A stretch of 39,448 nucleotides of DNA from positions 1 through 39,448 of the IMG/VR virus record IMGVR_UViG_3300032129_000025. One strand, written 5' to 3'. Position 1 is the first letter of the stretch. Each line of letters begins with the position of its first letter. The stretch comes from a virus. Taxonomy: Duplodnaviria; Caudoviricetes. The notes under the pieces were generated by a model. The model was not told the origin of the DNA and searched no databases. It was given only the letters and a program-made list of their open reading frames with translations. Both the position numbers and the translations under genes were made by a program. Below, in pieces: positions 26,463-35,836 of this stretch.

Positions 26463-26749
26463 GTGAGCCTGACGCTGACGGCTGGTTCCAAGATTACCGG
26501 CCGGTCCCTAGCCACCTGAAGCCAGACGCCCCAAGTGTGATGGCGACGCCTGACGCCGCAGAGATTGACGGCTCTCTTTTGGCGCTGGTCACGAACTGGA
26601 AGTTAGTGGTCGCGGATCTCGCGTCGGAGTTCGGTCTGGATCTCTATGATCCGGCTGTGCTCGTACGCCCTTGGCCGGGGGTTCGCACGATGATATTCAG
26701 CCTATTAGACAGCCCGACGCGTTTACGTGCGGTACTCACCCGGAGGTAA
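26031..26749 (+). CDS. Tail assembly chaperone frameshift product (GT), -1 shift at 26417-26423
   Basis: C CCA AAA heptamer; the -1 frame is open (PKRLVTAEDWAEYG...) and joins ORF 26537-26749. Confidence 0.8.
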
Positions 26750-26752
26750 CTC

Positions 26753-29569
26753 ATGGCCTTGCGCGCCGCCGAACTCGAAATACTTTTTACAGCAAATACT
26801 ACGGATATCGACAAGGCGGAGAAGACCGTCAAGGCGACCGGCGAGCGGATCGAGAAGAAGCCAGTCACCAAGAAGATAGACGCGGATGAAAAGGGTGCAC
26901 TCGCTGGCATGGACCGGGTTGAATCCGCGGCGAAGAAGCTTGTGTCGAAGGACACGTCGCTGAAGCTTGATGCGGATATCGGGCGGGCTGAGAAGAGTTT
27001 CGACCGAGCGAAGCAGCGTCTCGCGGATCTTGAGGTGCGTGCGCTCGGCGGGCTGGATGTGACGGCTGATGTGCGGCGTGCCGAGGCAGCCCTGTCGAAG
27101 GTCGACCGGCAACTCACTGGGCTGCGCACGGCCAAGACGCAGATCGAGGTTGAGGCGGACACGTCGCAGGCTGAGGCAGCTCTCGATGGCGTCTCCGATG
27201 ATGCTGGCGATGCTGGTGATGCTGCGGGCGATGAGTTCGGTAAGAACATCGTCGCGGCCCTGGTCTCAATCCCGATCGCTGGTGCCGTCATTGGTATCGG
27301 TGTTGCTGCTGGGAAAGCGCTGATCGGTGCGTTCAATGATGGGTTGGCGCAAGAGAAGAATTACGACCGGTTGCAGGCGCTGACTGGTATCGATGAGGCT
27401 GATGCGCTGCGTTTGGGTCGTGCTGCGGGTGAGGCGTACTCGAATACTTTCGGGGATTCCATCGAGTCCAATATGGATACCACCCGGCTTGCTCTGCAGT
27501 TCGACATCATCGACGCGGACACCTCCACGAGGAGCGCTCAGAAGGTTGTCGAGGGCTTGTCTGGTATTGCTGATGTTCTCGGCGAGGACGTGCGCCCGAT
27601 CGCTGTGGCGGTCACGACCTTGCTCAGTTCCGGCATGGCAAAATCTGCGAAGAGCGCGTTCGACCTTCTCGCGACCGGCGCCCGTGAGGGTGTGAACCGG
27701 GGCGAGGACCTGCTCGATACCTTCACTGAGTACCCGGCTGTGTTCGCACGGCTTGGTCTGTCTAGTGAGGAAGCTCTCGGGCTGATGAGTCAGGGGCTCA
27801 AATCGGGTGCACGCAACAGCGATGTCGCCGCGGACGCACTGAAAGAATTCCAGATCCGCGCTACCGACGCTTCGGAGGCTTCGTCTGATGGTTTTACAGC
27901 GCTAGGTTTGAACGCCGAGGAAATGACGGCGAAGATTTCGCGTGGTGGGGAAGAGGCCCGCGATGGCCTTGAGCTCGTCCTCAATAAGCTCCGGGAGACC
28001 GAAGACCCTGTAGTGCGCAACGCGGCCGCTGTGGCGCTGTTCGGCACGAAGGCTGAGGACCTCGGCGAGGCACTGTTCGCAATGGACCTCACAACTGCTG
28101 TCGACCAGCTCAACGGCGTCACCGGGGCAGCGCAAACAATGTTTGACACCCTTACCGATAACGACGCGTCGAAGCTTGAGCAGGCGCAACGGAACATTGA
28201 GGTCGCGACCGATGGCATGAAGGGTGCGCTAGCTGCTGCGTTCGCCGACCCGCTCGGGGAGGCGGCTGATTGGATCTCGGCGAACCGGGGGCCGATGCTT
28301 CAGTTCTTCCAAGATTTGGTGAACGGCGCGCTGGACTTCGGTCACACATTGATCGATGCTGCCGCCGATGGGGCAGAAAGTTTCGGCGTACTCGTGTCAG
28401 GACCGCTCGCGGACGTGCTTGAGATCGTGGGGCGGACCAGGGCGATCATCACCGGCGACTACGACAGTGGCATCAGCGACATAGTCGATGACATGCGCGG
28501 GTTCAAGGATGAGTCAGCGGACGCTGCGGACACCATCCGTCGACTGCACGGCACCCTCGATAAGACTTCTGACACGTTCAACGGGTTTATGGACGGTGCG
28601 ACCGCTATGGGGTTCCTCAACGACGCCTCATTGCGTCTCGCCGGCGCAATCGACGATGTCGGTGTCAGCGCCGATGGGCTCGAGCATGGCCTTGGCGACA
28701 TCGACCTGGCGAACATCCGCGCGTCCGATTCAGGCAAGTTGCTTGAGGATCAGGTGCGCAACTCTATCGCGGCCATGGGCGAAGAGGTCACGGCCGCGGC
28801 CACTGCAGGCGAGAGCCAGGATGAGCTCACGGCGCGCTATAACGCTTCGAAGGATGCCCTCGTCGGCCAGATGGTGCAGATGGGCCTCACGGAAGAAGAG
28901 GCACGCGCGCTCATTGACACTGTGCTAGAGACTCCCGCATCGGCTACTACCCAGTTCGGGTCGAACGCTGCGGATCAGCAGGCGAAGGTGCAGACGCTCA
29001 ACGACCGGATCACGACTCTGGACGATGGCTCTGTTGTGATCAGATCGAATGCTACGTCTGAGCAAGCCAAGGTGCAGTCGTTCCGCAACCGTATGGTGAG
29101 TCTGCCTGATAAGACTGTATTTATCAACCAGGTTTGGCGGCAGACCGGTGCACGACTGGCAGAGGTGAGAGCCGCCTACAACGCTCAGGGAAACATTCTC
29201 GAGTTCATGGCCCAGGGTGGCATGCACGGTCTCACTCCGATGTCGCACACCGCACAGGTTGTGCCGCCGTCGACGTGGCGTGTTGTGGGTGACCGCGGTG
29301 ACGTACCAGAGTCGTTCATTCCTATCGACGGGTCGGCCCGGTCGATGTCGATTCTTCTCGAGACGATGCGGCGCATGGGTGTAATGCCGATGGCTACGGG
29401 CGGGATTACTGTGTCCAATCCTGGTATCGCCCCTCGCCCTGCGTCCGGGATCACGGTTGAATTCAACGGGCCGATTGGCGCGAACGCTGACGACGTTATT
29501 CGCAAGCTGCAGATTGCCCAGCGTCGCGCGCAGATGATGTTCAGCACCCGAGGGGTGAGTGTCGCATGA
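26753..29569 (+). CDS. Tape measure protein
   Basis: 938 aa Ala-rich helical; DLLDTFTEY, ADALKEFQIR, ALFGTKAEDLG motifs. Confidence 0.95.
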   Translation: MALRAAELEILFTANTTDIDKAEKTVKATGERIEKKPVTKKIDADEKGALAGMDRVESAAKKLVSKDTSLKLDADIGRAEKSFDRAKQRLADLEVRALGGLDVTADVRRAEAALSKVDRQLTGLRTAKTQIEVEADTSQAEAALDGVSDDAGDAGDAAGDEFGKNIVAALVSIPIAGAVIGIGVAAGKALIGAFNDGLAQEKNYDRLQALTGIDEADALRLGRAAGEAYSNTFGDSIESNMDTTRLALQFDIIDADTSTRSAQKVVEGLSGIADVLGEDVRPIAVAVTTLLSSGMAKSAKSAFDLLATGAREGVNRGEDLLDTFTEYPAVFARLGLSSEEALGLMSQGLKSGARNSDVAADALKEFQIRATDASEASSDGFTALGLNAEEMTAKISRGGEEARDGLELVLNKLRETEDPVVRNAAAVALFGTKAEDLGEALFAMDLTTAVDQLNGVTGAAQTMFDTLTDNDASKLEQAQRNIEVATDGMKGALAAAFADPLGEAADWISANRGPMLQFFQDLVNGALDFGHTLIDAAADGAESFGVLVSGPLADVLEIVGRTRAIITGDYDSGISDIVDDMRGFKDESADAADTIRRLHGTLDKTSDTFNGFMDGATAMGFLNDASLRLAGAIDDVGVSADGLEHGLGDIDLANIRASDSGKLLEDQVRNSIAAMGEEVTAAATAGESQDELTARYNASKDALVGQMVQMGLTEEEARALIDTVLETPASATTQFGSNAADQQAKVQTLNDRITTLDDGSVVIRSNATSEQAKVQSFRNRMVSLPDKTVFINQVWRQTGARLAEVRAAYNAQGNILEFMAQGGMHGLTPMSHTAQVVPPSTWRVVGDRGDVPESFIPIDGSARSMSILLETMRRMGVMPMATGGITVSNPGIAPRPASGITVEFNGPIGANADDVIRKLQIAQRRAQMMFSTRGVSVA

Positions 29570-30432
29570 GCGAATACATTTTGACGGGGCCGGATGGAGC
29601 GGAATTTGACATCAAGAGAGGTCCCATCCGGCTCAGTAGTGCCGGGCTCATGGGCCTGTCGATGCCACCCTTTGAGTCATTTACAAGGGAAACTCCAGCG
29701 CGAGATGGGCAGGTGCGCACCGGGTACAGAACAAGGCCGCGACCGGTTTTCCTTCCTTTACTCATGCCAATGGGATTAGAAGTGGATGAGTGGTTGGCGT
29801 CCGAAAGCGCCTTCTGGAAGATTATGAATCCTGATGTGACCTGCCGCCTCACGGTTTCGTCCTCGGCGGATGTCGTGCGCTTTTTGGATCTGCGCTTTGT
29901 CAGTGACGGCGACTTGGCGTTCAATCTAGATCCGACCGACGTGACTGGATATGCGGTCGTCTTAGAGATGGTAGCTGACAGCCCGTATTGGCGTAGCCCG
30001 CAGGTGTTGGCGGAGTTTGCCCCTGTTGGTGATGTGCTCCCGTTTTTTGCGGTGACGACGGATCGTGTTTTCAATCTGATGTCGTCGTCAACAGTTGATT
30101 CTGCGACGGTAGCAAATCCGGGTGATATTGATGCGTGGCCGAAGTATACGATCACGGGTCCGGTGTCGGAGTTTAGTGCAACCATTTCGGGTGGCATGGT
30201 GTCGGCAACCACGGAGGTGATTGCGGGTGCTGTGTTGGTTATTGATACGGACCCGACTGTACAGCGCGCAACCCTGACGGTGGACGGTGTGGATACGACT
30301 GTGACTCGTGATCTGGTGGGTGTGGATTGGCGTCCGGTTCCGTCTGGTGGGTCTGTTTCTTTGGATGTGACCCTGATTGGTACTGGTTCGTTAGTGGTGT
30401 CGTTTATGCCACGGTTCTTTAGGGCGTGGTGA
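29566..30432 (+). CDS. Distal tail protein (Dit)
   Basis: Follows TMP; ADSPYW, NPGDIDAWPKYTITGP. Confidence 0.85.
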   Translation: MSEYILTGPDGAEFDIKRGPIRLSSAGLMGLSMPPFESFTRETPARDGQVRTGYRTRPRPVFLPLLMPMGLEVDEWLASESAFWKIMNPDVTCRLTVSSSADVVRFLDLRFVSDGDLAFNLDPTDVTGYAVVLEMVADSPYWRSPQVLAEFAPVGDVLPFFAVTTDRVFNLMSSSTVDSATVANPGDIDAWPKYTITGPVSEFSATISGGMVSATTEVIAGAVLVIDTDPTVQRATLTVDGVDTTVTRDLVGVDWRPVPSGGSVSLDVTLIGTGSLVVSFMPRFFRAW

Positions 30433-30433
30433 G

Positions 30434-32692
30434 ATGGATAATCCTTTTCAGATAACTGTTTACGATAAGTCGTTTGTGCGCCAGGGGTGGATCACTAACC
30501 CTGTTTATACGAGTTTCACTCCAAGGTTTAATGCGCAGGGGTCTGCCGAAATTCAGTTGAATGCGGGTGACCCGATTTTGGAATTCGTTCTTGCTGCTGG
30601 TGCCCGCCTGCGGGTGGAATATTTGGGTGCACATTTGATGTCTGGGCGGGTGCGTGCACGGCAGGGTGGGTTCGTTTCGTCTGGGACTGTGACTGTTCAG
30701 TTGTTGGATGATTGGGCGTTGTTGTCGCAGACGCAGGCGTGGGTTGTCCCTGCTGCGGTTACTGCGTCGTCTGGTGCTTTGGTACCAACTGGTTTGAAGG
30801 ATTCTGGGCAGGAGCGTGTCGCAGCACAAGTCGGTGAGGGTGTGTGGACGGCCCGTACTACCCCGGCAGATAATGGCTGGCGTTCCGTCGCATGGTCTCC
30901 CGAGTTGGGCATTTTCTGCGCGGTCGCTTATAACGGCCCTAGCAACAAGGTGATGACTTCCCCTGACGGCATCGTGTGGACTGCACGCACGACACCTGTA
31001 GGCTCCCTATGGCTTTCGGTAACGTGGTCGCCGGAGTTGTCCTTGTTCTGTGCCGTCGCCTCATCGGGTACGGGTAGTCGTGTGATGACCTCACCGGATG
31101 GGATCACATGGACTGCACGTACTACCCCGGTAGATAACGCATGGATTGCTGTGACGTGGTCTCCGCAGCTTTCATTGTTCTGTGCCGTCGCTGAGATCGG
31201 CGCTGGCGGTGACCAGGCCATGACTAGCCCTGATGGTGTCACATGGACGCTCAGAACTACCCCGGGATACAACAACTGGACGGCTGTGACGTGGTCTCCG
31301 CAGCTTTCATTGTTCTGTGCCGTCGCTTATTATGGTGTCGGTAATCGCGTGATGACCTCACCGGACGGCATCACATGGACTGCACGTACTACCCCTGCCG
31401 ATAATGACTGGAACTCGGTCGCGTGGTCTCCCGAGCTGTCCTTGTTCTGTGCCGTCGCGTCTACCGGCACCAGTAATCGTGTGATGACCTCACCCAACGG
31501 TGTCACGTGGACTTTGCGTACCAGCGCGACAGACAACCAGTGGCGTTCCGTCGCATGGTCTCCCGAGTTGGGCATTTTTTGTGCCGTCGCCAGCACTGGT
31601 TCCGGTAACCAGGTGATGACCTCACCGGACGGCATCAACTGGACCGCCCGTACTTCTGCGGCAGACAACAGCTGGTGGTGGTCTGTTACGTGGTCTCCCG
31701 AGTTGGGCATTTTCTGTGCCGTCGCCACCTCTGGTTACGATAACCGGGTCATGACTTCCTCGAAAGCCCCTACGGCGGCTTACTATGTGTGGCCTGATGG
31801 GTCAACTTTTTGGGGTGGCCCCAGCATTGATACTGCTGAGACTGCGATCAAACATCTAACCGAAATCAACTTTGCACGCCTCGGACGCCCGGTCACGATC
31901 GGTGCTGATCTTGAACGTGGCGGTAACGCACGAGCAGCAGCAATGCTCCCACAAGTCCGGTTTGGTTCTCTCGACACAAACCTTGAAGCGTTGCTGAAAT
32001 GGTCTGGGCTGCACCTCACACTGGCCCAAGACCCCACACTGCCCACTGTCAACCTTGAGGTGGGCGTGCCTGCCATGTGGCCGCAAACACTCACCGTTGA
32101 ATCAGGAATCATCCTCGATGGAACGTGGTCAACTGAGGACCCTGAAGCAACCCGCACCATTGTTGGTGGGCCTGACGAGTTAGGTGCACGAGCATTCTGG
32201 GGAATAAACGATGCGACCGGACTGGAAGCCGAATACGGGGACGTCATTGAAGTGTTTCGGGATGCGACCGGTGCCACCCGGAACTGGCCGGACACGATCC
32301 CAGATTTCAAGCAGATCGCCAAATATTATTTGCTCCACCCAGAAGTGTCGGCGGTGGATAAGGCAATCTTCTCCACCTATTTGGATGCTGCCGGGGCGAA
32401 AGCTTTGGCGGAGGGTAGCCCCACGTCTGGGCTGTCCCTCGAGCTATCCGAAACTGAGGTGTTTCATTTCGGCGGCACGGACGGTATCCAACTGGGGGAC
32501 ACGATCACGGCCACCTCACGGGGGTTGTCGTTCACTGATCGGATCACGGAGGCGACCCTGAGCTGGGATGCAACCGATGGTCTAACCGTGACTCCACGGG
32601 TGGGAACGAAAACTGATGATCCTGATCGGCAGTTGGCGGAGGCTATTGCCTCTCTTGCCCGTGCACAAATTCGTCTTTCTACAAGCAAATAA
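30434..32692 (+). CDS. Minor tail/baseplate hub protein (Gp37-like) with inserted beta-propeller
   Basis: ITVYDKSFVRQG...RFNAQG N-terminus, IEVFRD and QLGDTIT C-terminus; seven Asp-box repeats in the middle. Confidence 0.85.
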   Translation: MDNPFQITVYDKSFVRQGWITNPVYTSFTPRFNAQGSAEIQLNAGDPILEFVLAAGARLRVEYLGAHLMSGRVRARQGGFVSSGTVTVQLLDDWALLSQTQAWVVPAAVTASSGALVPTGLKDSGQERVAAQVGEGVWTARTTPADNGWRSVAWSPELGIFCAVAYNGPSNKVMTSPDGIVWTARTTPVGSLWLSVTWSPELSLFCAVASSGTGSRVMTSPDGITWTARTTPVDNAWIAVTWSPQLSLFCAVAEIGAGGDQAMTSPDGVTWTLRTTPGYNNWTAVTWSPQLSLFCAVAYYGVGNRVMTSPDGITWTARTTPADNDWNSVAWSPELSLFCAVASTGTSNRVMTSPNGVTWTLRTSATDNQWRSVAWSPELGIFCAVASTGSGNQVMTSPDGINWTARTSAADNSWWWSVTWSPELGIFCAVATSGYDNRVMTSSKAPTAAYYVWPDGSTFWGGPSIDTAETAIKHLTEINFARLGRPVTIGADLERGGNARAAAMLPQVRFGSLDTNLEALLKWSGLHLTLAQDPTLPTVNLEVGVPAMWPQTLTVESGIILDGTWSTEDPEATRTIVGGPDELGARAFWGINDATGLEAEYGDVIEVFRDATGATRNWPDTIPDFKQIAKYYLLHPEVSAVDKAIFSTYLDAAGAKALAEGSPTSGLSLELSETEVFHFGGTDGIQLGDTITATSRGLSFTDRITEATLSWDATDGLTVTPRVGTKTDDPDRQLAEAIASLARAQIRLSTSK
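30839..31762 (+). repeat. Seven ~132-135-bp coding repeats (WTARTT...W.SV.WSPEL..FCAVA...VMTSPDG)
   Basis: Read in both protein and DNA; 45-bp identity between 31148-31192 and 31283-31327. Confidence 0.92.
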
Positions 32693-32701
32693 GGAGTAGT
32701 A

Positions 32702-33502
32702 ATGGCCCTCACAAATAGTGGTTTTGATGGGACGGTTACGGAGGCGGCGTGGGCGCAAATATCTGCGTTGACTGATGTTGATGCGGTGGAGAACTCGGCG
32801 GCGTGGGCTGTCACACAGGGGACAGGTAGGCAGGTTTCCACTGCCGCACAGTCTGGGTTTGCGTTCGCGAAGGGTGTCCTCTCGAAGGACACGTCACCGA
32901 TCCTCACCAATTTGGCGACACCAGTTAACGGGCAGTGGTTTCTCATCGTCCGGCATATTGACTGGGCTGCGAACGGTGTGACAGTTACGGCGATCGCACA
33001 CGACGTAACGGGGACGACCGTGCCCACGGTTGCCCCGACCTCGTACCCAGTATTGGATGCAACCCCCGGTGTCCTGTACGACCAGCCTCTGGCGTGGGCG
33101 TGGGTACGATCCACAGATACTGCCGTGACCATATTTGATTTGCGCAAACTGACCGCAGAAACGCGGGTTGCCGCACTGGAAGCAGATACGGGCTGGATTG
33201 CTTTTCCGTTTGCTGCGGGGTGGTCGAATGCGGCAGCAATCTGCCGATACCGCCGCCTGCACGGGGTCGTCTATTTGGCTGGTGTGGCGGATGGTACGGC
33301 TGCTGCTGATTCTTTTATTGGCACCCTGCCTCCGACCTTTCGCCCGATTGGGGATCTGTACTACTGGTCGAACGTGGGCGGGTCTGGCACGCGAACAGTG
33401 ATTTACGCGAACGGCAATGTTCGCTTCCTTGGCAAAGTTGTTGGCACGGCCGCCGCAGCAGCTTCCCTTGCTGATTTCACCGCATTCCCCGCAGATAACT
33501 GA
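32702..33502 (+). CDS. Minor tail protein / receptor-binding candidate
   Basis: GFDGTVTEAAWA N-terminus; DTGW...YRR..GVVYLAG...IGTLPPTFRP C-terminal module. Confidence 0.8.
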   Translation: MALTNSGFDGTVTEAAWAQISALTDVDAVENSAAWAVTQGTGRQVSTAAQSGFAFAKGVLSKDTSPILTNLATPVNGQWFLIVRHIDWAANGVTVTAIAHDVTGTTVPTVAPTSYPVLDATPGVLYDQPLAWAWVRSTDTAVTIFDLRKLTAETRVAALEADTGWIAFPFAAGWSNAAAICRYRRLHGVVYLAGVADGTAAADSFIGTLPPTFRPIGDLYYWSNVGGSGTRTVIYANGNVRFLGKVVGTAAAAASLADFTAFPADN

Positions 33503-33669
33503 TGGCTGAGATGGACGCTCAAAAGGTACGCGAAGCAGAGGTTGCCGCACTCATCGATCGGGCTACCGATCCCGCACCCGAATACGACGATCCCACAATC
33601 GACACCGATTCGGGATATTACGATCCTGAGATTGACGGTCCTTATTCTCCAAATGGGGGTAGCAAGTAA
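33502..33669 (+). CDS. Small acidic protein (55 aa)
   Basis: TGATG and TAATG coupling; MAEMDAQKVREAEVAALIDRATDPAPEYDDP...; translated by hand. Confidence 0.6.
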   Translation: MAEMDAQKVREAEVAALIDRATDPAPEYDDPTIDTDSGYYDPEIDGPYSPNGGSK

Positions 33670-34484
33670 TGGCAAACCTCACCGAGTTCGATAAGTTCTT
33701 CGAGACCTACAACCCCAGTGGCGGGGGCCGTGAAGAGTGGAATATGTGGTGTCAGGCGTTCGTCGCCAGGTGCTGCAAGTTCGACGGCAACTGGAAGCGC
33801 GACTACCTCACCGCACGAGCCGCACGTTTGGCTTCAGGGCCGCTCAGTAAAGACATGTCGAACATTCCTATTGGAGCGTTCGGTTACTGGGGGTGGGACC
33901 CGGACGACGACGTAGCAATCTACGTTGGCGGCGGCAGGTGGATGCGCGGCTCACGCCATGTGCAAACCCAATTCGGCGGTGTCGCGCGCAATGCGGGCAC
34001 CGGCAGCTTCGAGAGTTTCCAAAGCTCTGCACGCTTACCGTTCCTCGGTTGGTCAAAAACTAATGGTGGCAACACGGTAAACGTGACCACCCTCACCCCA
34101 GCAGGTGGCAACACAACACCACTCATCGATTCAGACGAAAGCGAGAACACCATGACAACCCGATACCTCTACACGAAAGACGCTGGAGATGGCAAAACCG
34201 CTTACGGCATTTTCGGTGAGAAAGTTCCCGGCGGTAGCCGCATCAGCCGCTCGGTGTACACAGCAGAAGTGTGGGGTGCAATCTGGGGCACCGAGGAAGG
34301 GGCACCGTGGAAAGAGATGACTAAAGCACAGTGGCCCGTCCTGATACGTGAAGCGCGAGTAATCAACGAGGCCTGGGTGGCGCAGCAACGGAGTATCCAA
34401 TCTAATAATGCTGCCACTCCGTTAGACATCACTGCCATCGCTAAAGCAGTAAACGACGACGCTGCAAAACGACTCGCCAACTAA
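33669..34484 (+). CDS. Putative endolysin (CHAP/NlpC-like Cys-peptidase N-terminal domain)
   Basis: MWCQAFV...PIGA..YW...VAIYVGGG...FLGWS; position before the membrane genes. Confidence 0.65.
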   Translation: MANLTEFDKFFETYNPSGGGREEWNMWCQAFVARCCKFDGNWKRDYLTARAARLASGPLSKDMSNIPIGAFGYWGWDPDDDVAIYVGGGRWMRGSRHVQTQFGGVARNAGTGSFESFQSSARLPFLGWSKTNGGNTVNVTTLTPAGGNTTPLIDSDESENTMTTRYLYTKDAGDGKTAYGIFGEKVPGGSRISRSVYTAEVWGAIWGTEEGAPWKEMTKAQWPVLIREARVINEAWVAQQRSIQSNNAATPLDITAIAKAVNDDAAKRLAN

Positions 34485-34515
34485 CCCCTTCCCTAGCCCT
34501 CGGAAAGAGGCCCGC

Positions 34516-34857
34516 ATGACGGATACACCCCCACCACACCCACCTGGCTCCTACGTCATCACCCCACAGATCATGTGGCAGACCGTGGAGGAAGCTCGAG
34601 CCGCCGCGCGGAACTCGGAAGCTGCGTCCAACCGTCTCGCCGACAAACTCGACCCGGCGCTCTACCAGATCCGTAAAGATATTACGGATCTTGACGAGCG
34701 GGAGAAGGACCACCACAACGTACACGGCAAGGATATCGAAGCGCTGAAGCAGCAATCCTGGTCTTCCCGGTGGGTGCCGGCACTCGTGACCGCGCTACTC
34801 GTGGCCATCATCAGCGGTGTCGCTGTCGTCGTCATCGTCAATGCGCTACAACGCTAA
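34516..34857 (+). CDS. Membrane protein (lysis cassette)
   Basis: Coiled coil plus C-terminal TM helix. Confidence 0.75.
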   Translation: MTDTPPPHPPGSYVITPQIMWQTVEEARAAARNSEAASNRLADKLDPALYQIRKDITDLDEREKDHHNVHGKDIEALKQQSWSSRWVPALVTALLVAIISGVAVVVIVNALQR

Positions 34858-34868
34858 GGAGAACGCGC

Positions 34869-34913
34869 ATGAAACATGTAACCGAAACACCGGCCGATCA
34901 GATCTGGTTCTAG
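34869..34913 (+). pseudogene. Truncated original 5' end of holin (MKHVTETPADQIWF*)
   Basis: AAGGAG RBS; 24/30 nt identical to holin codons 2-11 (35426-35455). Confidence 0.7.
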
Positions 34914-35389
34914 CCTCGTTGTCGCGCTTCCCACCGTGCGCCTATGGCGCGGCGGCATGTCCTGCACTCCCTGCCAGAGTCTTTGCGGATGCGCGTGTTT
35001 TCGGGGGTGAACTCATGCCCGTGCTTGCAGTGAGATCGCGCAGGGTAGTGGTTGGCGATGAACCGCCCGTGCCTCTTCATGTCGTCCCAGTTGTCCTGAG
35101 ATGTGCCGTGCGAGAGGTTGGCAACGTGGTTGTTCGACGGGTCGCCGTCGAGGTGCCTGACTAGCGGGCCGTCCGTTTCGAGGAACGCCGCCGCGACGAG
35201 ACGGTGGATGTAGCTCCGCGTGCGCACATTGCCCACGCTGAGATTGACGATGAGGTGGCCCGACGTTTGTCGGATGGGCTTGAGCGCCCGAGTCGGCTTC
35301 GTCGCATACGAGCGGCGCACCCCTCCCTCAGCGCTCACTTCGTAGACATCGAACCCAGGGACCGGTCGCCACTCAACAGTTTCACTCAC
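34910..35389 (-). CDS. NUMOD4-HNH homing endonuclease
   Basis: EWRPVPGF..YEVS..G.VR (NUMOD4), IHRLVAAAF, VRHLDGDPSNNHVANL, HCKHGHEFTPENT...CRTC. Confidence 0.92.
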   Translation of the reverse strand: MSETVEWRPVPGFDVYEVSAEGGVRRSYATKPTRALKPIRQTSGHLIVNLSVGNVRTRSYIHRLVAAAFLETDGPLVRHLDGDPSNNHVANLSHGTSQDNWDDMKRHGRFIANHYPARSHCKHGHEFTPENTRIRKDSGRECRTCRRAIGARWEARQRG

Positions 35390-35395
35390 ACGTTC

Positions 35396-35404
35396 AATAT
35401 ACCA
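35396..35404 (-). promoter_or_regulatory. Extended -10 leaderless promoter for HNH
   Basis: TG-G-TATATT, then 6 nt to GTG start. Confidence 0.6.
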
Positions 35405-35422
35405 ATTAGATAGGAGTTACTC

Positions 35423-35695
35423 ATGTCCGAAACACCGACTGACCAGATTTGGTACAAAAACCGCAGGGTCTGGCGCACCATCTTCTCGGCTGTGCTCACC
35501 GGCGCTGTCGTCGTCCCGCAGCTGCTCGCGATCGTGAACGATGCGTGGCCAACGGATGCGCTTACCGCGGTACTTGCGCAGGCGGTCATTGTGCAGGGTG
35601 TCATTACTCGTGTGATGGCGAACGAGACAGTGAACCGGCTCCTTGCATATATTGGTCTGGGCTCGGCACCAAAGGAATATCTGGTGGTCAAATGA
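35423..35695 (+). CDS. Holin
   Basis: RRVWRT, two TM helices, ITRVMA...VN..L..IGLG; TAGGAG RBS. Confidence 0.8.
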   Translation: MSETPTDQIWYKNRRVWRTIFSAVLTGAVVVPQLLAIVNDAWPTDALTAVLAQAVIVQGVITRVMANETVNRLLAYIGLGSAPKEYLVVK

Positions 35696-35763
35696 TTGAC
35701 CCTGACCCGTATTCACCCCCGGTGGATCCGCAAGAAGCTTTGCAGTGTGATAGCTGCCAGTAG
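35692..35763 (+). CDS. 23-aa peptide ending CDSCQ
   Basis: ATGA coupling with the holin stop; MIDPDPYSPPVDPQEALQCDSCQ; followed by terminator. Confidence 0.5.
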   Translation: MIDPDPYSPPVDPQEALQCDSCQ

Positions 35764-35786
35764 TTAGTTGTGCCGGTTGATCTGGC

Positions 35787-35833
35787 GAGGCCCCGCGCTT
35801 CACTCATTCGTGAGTGGGCGCGGGGCTTCTTTT
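35787..35833 (+). terminator. Intrinsic terminator ending the late operon
   Basis: GAGGCCCCGCGC-TT-CACTCA-TTCG-TGAGTG-GGCGCGGGGCTTC-TTTT between convergent genes. Confidence 0.88.
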
Positions 35834-35836
35834 GCG

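Noticed and set aside
30839-31762. CRISPR array or diversity-generating retroelement
   Set aside because: Repeats are in-frame protein repeats with synonymous variation; no cas genes, no reverse transcriptase and no adenine-specific TR/VR pair seen.
34910-35389. Group I intron housing the HNH
   Set aside because: The HNH is antisense to the lysis operon with almost no flanking sequence for an intron core, and the holin is intact downstream.
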